Assembly: GCA_047285535.1 (NCBI GenBank)
Contig: JBJBDC010000001.1
Location: 928,136 to 992,135 of the forward strand
DNA from: Synechococcus sp.
GTDB lineage: Bacteria > Cyanobacteriota > Cyanobacteriia > PCC-6307 > Cyanobiaceae
Length of the DNA: 64,000 nt
Direction: 5' to 3'
Of the stretch, positions 61,075-64,000 are shown piece by piece (the first letter of the stretch is position 1; the number at the start of each line of letters is the position of its first letter). A program made the translations under genes and the position numbers. The notes under the pieces are model-generated. The model saw only the letters and a list, made by a program, of their open reading frames with translations, was not told where the DNA came from and made no database searches.

Positions 61075-62139
61075 TCATTGCTCTCGACCCAGTGATGGCG
61101 TGGGCAAGGATGGCTGCTGCGGTTGAAGACGACCCAGCATCGATTCCAGTGGGCGAATACCGCTGAGTTCTCGGGTGCCCACTTTGCGCCAGAGGCTTCG
61201 GCCCAAGAGTAGTTGCGTCTGAAAGGATTGGAATCCACAACCCTTAACGATGTCCTGGAGACGTTCGTCATCGTCGTCAACCAACAATTCAGGTGCTGGT
61301 TTCAGGCGTGCCAAGCGATTCAAGACAGGAGGTAAGGCATGGCTTAAACGTTCATCCCAAGCCAACCCACGGAACAGTTCCAGCCTTGGCCGAGCAAAGC
61401 CTGAAGGTCTTGAGATCAGACCTGCAAGGTCCTGACGTTGATCATCTCCACTCCATTCGAGAAGTCCGCAGCCACTTGAGCTTTGATCAACAAGGTCTTG
61501 CCACTGGCGATCAAGAAGTTGGCGATGATGCGTTGAACAACAGGCTTGCTCAAGGGCAAGCACTTGTCTTGCTGTGCTGTGGTCCAAAGCTCTCCACCGA
61601 TATTCACTCGAAAGAGCTGGCATCTGAATCCTTGGAGAACAGGCCCCTTCAATTCTCCAAACCCTTAAACGCCGCAGTGGTTGAAACCCAAGTTCTCGAG
61701 ACAGATCAAGCAGGTCCTGATCATGGCTATCGCATCGGATCAACCAACTTTTCGAGCAAGCCACGCCATCGTTCAGTGCTTTCTGGAGCAACTGCCGAAT
61801 CACCGCAATTCTGGTGGTGCAATTTGGGGATTGACGTTCTTCGAGTTCGAGTTGCCAGCAGCTACCTCGACGGTTTAAAGACCGTAAAACGAGTAGGGAC
61901 AGTAATCGATCAGCTCTGATTTCGTTTGGCTCAAGGGCCACAAGCACTTTGAGCTTCCGAAGAAGCAAGGTCTGAAGAATCAAAGCCTGCGGTTGATCAG
62001 CCCATTGGTTGGATGAATCAATCGGTGCAGAGGTGAACAGCAATCGCAAATGGGCTGCGTTGAGAGATTCCACTCGAGGAAAGCTGCCGGATGCCTGATC
62101 CACATCACGTCCGCTGTACAACATCAATGTATCGCTCAC
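61075..62139 (-). CDS. Hypothetical protein, tandem GNAT-like fold suspected
   Basis: 354 aa with two 'xGFQ' motifs, one at the end of each half. Confidence 0.7.
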   Translation of the reverse strand: MSDTLMLYSGRDVDQASGSFPRVESLNAAHLRLLFTSAPIDSSNQWADQPQALILQTLLLRKLKVLVALEPNEIRADRLLSLLVLRSLNRRGSCWQLELEERQSPNCTTRIAVIRQLLQKALNDGVACSKSWLIRCDSHDQDLLDLSRELGFQPLRRLRVWRIEGACSPRIQMPALSSEYRWRALDHSTARQVLALEQACCSTHHRQLLDRQWQDLVDQSSSGCGLLEWSGDDQRQDLAGLISRPSGFARPRLELFRGLAWDERLSHALPPVLNRLARLKPAPELLVDDDDERLQDIVKGCGFQSFQTQLLLGRSLWRKVGTRELSGIRPLESMLGRLQPQQPSLPTPSLGREQ

Positions 62140-62156
62140 ATGGCGTAACCGAGGAT

Positions 62157-63323
62157 TCAGTCGGGTCGAACCAATACAAGAGGTGTCCGTTCATTGGCAT
62201 TGCCAGCAGGATTGGGCTTGAGAGCACGGTGCAGCAACGCTTCATCGCAACCATGACTTGAGGCCAACACTTTGACCCGACCAAGATCATTTACATCAAC
62301 GATGGCAACAGAAACACCCAGCGTCTTAGCGGCGGAATTGCAAACCTCAGATGGAGACTCTGGGCCTAGGACAATGGTCTGGTCATAGGGCGGTGTGGTG
62401 CCAGTTATATCGTCAATGAGCCGTGCTTGCTCACCTGCAAGCCGATAGAACCAGCCTTTTTGACCAACCAGCTTGAAAGCAAAACCCACACTCCAGGCCA
62501 AAAGAACTCGGGTTGGACCAACCTGATCAATCAGCGTTTGAATGCCGCAGGCTGTCGCGAGACTGCTTGTGGGATGGAAGACACGACAAAGCAAGCGTGC
62601 GATCCAACTGGGCTGAACAGTGGAGGGGTGAGCATAACGGCCTTGAATCACGGCAACAGGGGTCTCTCCAATGGTCAGCACATCCCCCGGCTGAAGAAGA
62701 CCCGCTGCGTAATGCCTCAGCACATCAACCGTGTCATCCAGTGGACCGAGAAGGTGCGTTTTGATAGGCAAAACTGAGCATCTATCGCCAGGACGGAAAG
62801 AGACGTCCGCAACCTGCAGTTGTTTGAGTTGATGCGTGGGAACGACCATACCTTGGCGCCGATGCAGACGTCCGAAGGGGCCGTAATTCACCCAGTGGAT
62901 GTCAACCCAAACGCTATCCACTCGCCGAATGATGTCAGCCTCTTGGGCCGCACTCAATGTGAGTTGCACATTCACTCGTGTGCTCTTACGACCTTTAACG
63001 ATGTAAGCGGCCCAATAGCCATCAGGACGTGAGTTCTCATCAGGATGATGAGGTGTGATTTTGGTTTGGACGTTGATAGAGCCGAGGTCGTTATTCCCCA
63101 GCAATGTCGATACGACCCGAAGCTCTGGCACCATGATCTCCATACGGTGATGAGGGTTGGTGATCGTCAACCACCCCTCAAGAACAAGGCCATTGGGCTT
63201 GTTCTCTACATGCCAATCGTGAGCGCGAAGTTGCAGCGGAGAGGACGGTCTGAGCCTGTGACGTGCCTCAATCCAAAGCACACCGATGCCGAGCACGAGC
63301 AAGATCAGCAACAAGGTGCACAT
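62157..63323 (-). CDS. F420-0:gamma-glutamyl ligase-like protein with N-terminal membrane anchor
   Basis: 'GETPVAVIQGR', 'IDDITGTTPPYD', 'IVDVNDLG', 'NPAGN'. Confidence 0.8.
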   Translation of the reverse strand: MCTLLLILLVLGIGVLWIEARHRLRPSSPLQLRAHDWHVENKPNGLVLEGWLTITNPHHRMEIMVPELRVVSTLLGNNDLGSINVQTKITPHHPDENSRPDGYWAAYIVKGRKSTRVNVQLTLSAAQEADIIRRVDSVWVDIHWVNYGPFGRLHRRQGMVVPTHQLKQLQVADVSFRPGDRCSVLPIKTHLLGPLDDTVDVLRHYAAGLLQPGDVLTIGETPVAVIQGRYAHPSTVQPSWIARLLCRVFHPTSSLATACGIQTLIDQVGPTRVLLAWSVGFAFKLVGQKGWFYRLAGEQARLIDDITGTTPPYDQTIVLGPESPSEVCNSAAKTLGVSVAIVDVNDLGRVKVLASSHGCDEALLHRALKPNPAGNANERTPLVLVRPD

Positions 63324-63383
63324 AGGAAGACGGTCTGCAGACCAGAGACAAGCAAGCAGCGTAATAGGGTTCCGGTGGATTGC

Positions 63384-63956
63384 TCAGCGCGAGAGCACTT
63401 CAGTATTGAGCTCGTTGAAACTCACCGTGGTACTGCCCTGATCAGGTGCCTGAATTCCAGTAGCTGCACTGATAGCGGCGTTAATGGTGCCGAGAGGCAC
63501 TTGTCCATCCTCATCCAGGACAATATGTCCGTTGCTATCAATCACCACCACCTGTGGAATAGTCCCATGCCAATACGCAGCTGGTTCCTCCGGGTCTTGG
63601 GTGTCGTCCCCTTGAAAAGCATCTGTGGTGAAAGGCAATAAATCCACTTCACGTCCCCACAACCGCTGCAGCTCAGATACCACTGGAGAAAAGATCTTGC
63701 TGGTGCTGCTGTCATCCAGGTAGTAGACAATGACGCTGGTTCGTCCACTGGCCAGAGAGTCTTTCAAAGTCGTTGCTGGTGGAACCAGTGATCCATTGCC
63801 AGCGTACAAAGCAAAAATGTTGCCGTCATAACTATCTGTATCCCTGGCAGCTCCGGCTGGGGTGGCTGTCAGCAGAAAACACAATCCAAAAACGCACAAC
63901 GAACGCAGGAACAGGGGGAGGGTGCTGAACAGGTACATGGTGGAACGGTGTAACAC
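63384..63956 (-). CDS. Thioredoxin-fold thylakoid protein (photosystem I accumulation factor-like)
   Basis: 'DSYDGNIFALYAGNGSLVPP', 'YW.G.IPQVVV'; no CxxC; start uncertain. Confidence 0.75.
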   Translation of the reverse strand: MLHRSTMYLFSTLPLFLRSLCVFGLCFLLTATPAGAARDTDSYDGNIFALYAGNGSLVPPATTLKDSLASGRTSVIVYYLDDSSTSKIFSPVVSELQRLWGREVDLLPFTTDAFQGDDTQDPEEPAAYWHGTIPQVVVIDSNGHIVLDEDGQVPLGTINAAISAATGIQAPDQGSTTVSFNELNTEVLSR

Positions 63957-64000
63957 GATTCTGACCTCTGGGACTCAGCTGCGATTGAAGGTGCGACCCA

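Overview
A 64-kb chromosomal segment of a marine picocyanobacterium, most likely a marine Synechococcus. This is inferred from the gene order devBCA, phnDCE, ispG-ctp, mfd, rpe/glpX-hemA-glgC-gnd-pgl, ilvD, upp, cobW, purSQ, tandem class II and class I aldolases, accD, proteobacterial-type prk, leuB, lpxD, proB, ruvX. It is mostly core metabolic genes, interrupted by short AT-rich accessory patches (about 6.2-7.5, 16.3-18.4, 22.0-26.7, 39.0-42.0 and 53.6-58.4 kb) holding small, often secreted or membrane ORFans. I found no rRNA, tRNA, CRISPR array, integrase or transposase. The most notable unexplained signals are: (i) a tandem duplicated ~200-bp intergenic unit (41483-41882) whose terminator-like hairpin shows compensatory change; (ii) an SLH-porin gene that is a compositional mosaic, has an in-frame N-terminal duplication and carries a Yfr1-type sRNA seed match over its RBS; (iii) two sub-60-aa genes missed by the ORF track; (iv) two hexamer microsatellites about 500 bp apart at cobW; (v) several long palindromes. 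All product calls come from recognising protein motifs by eye; no database searches were run.
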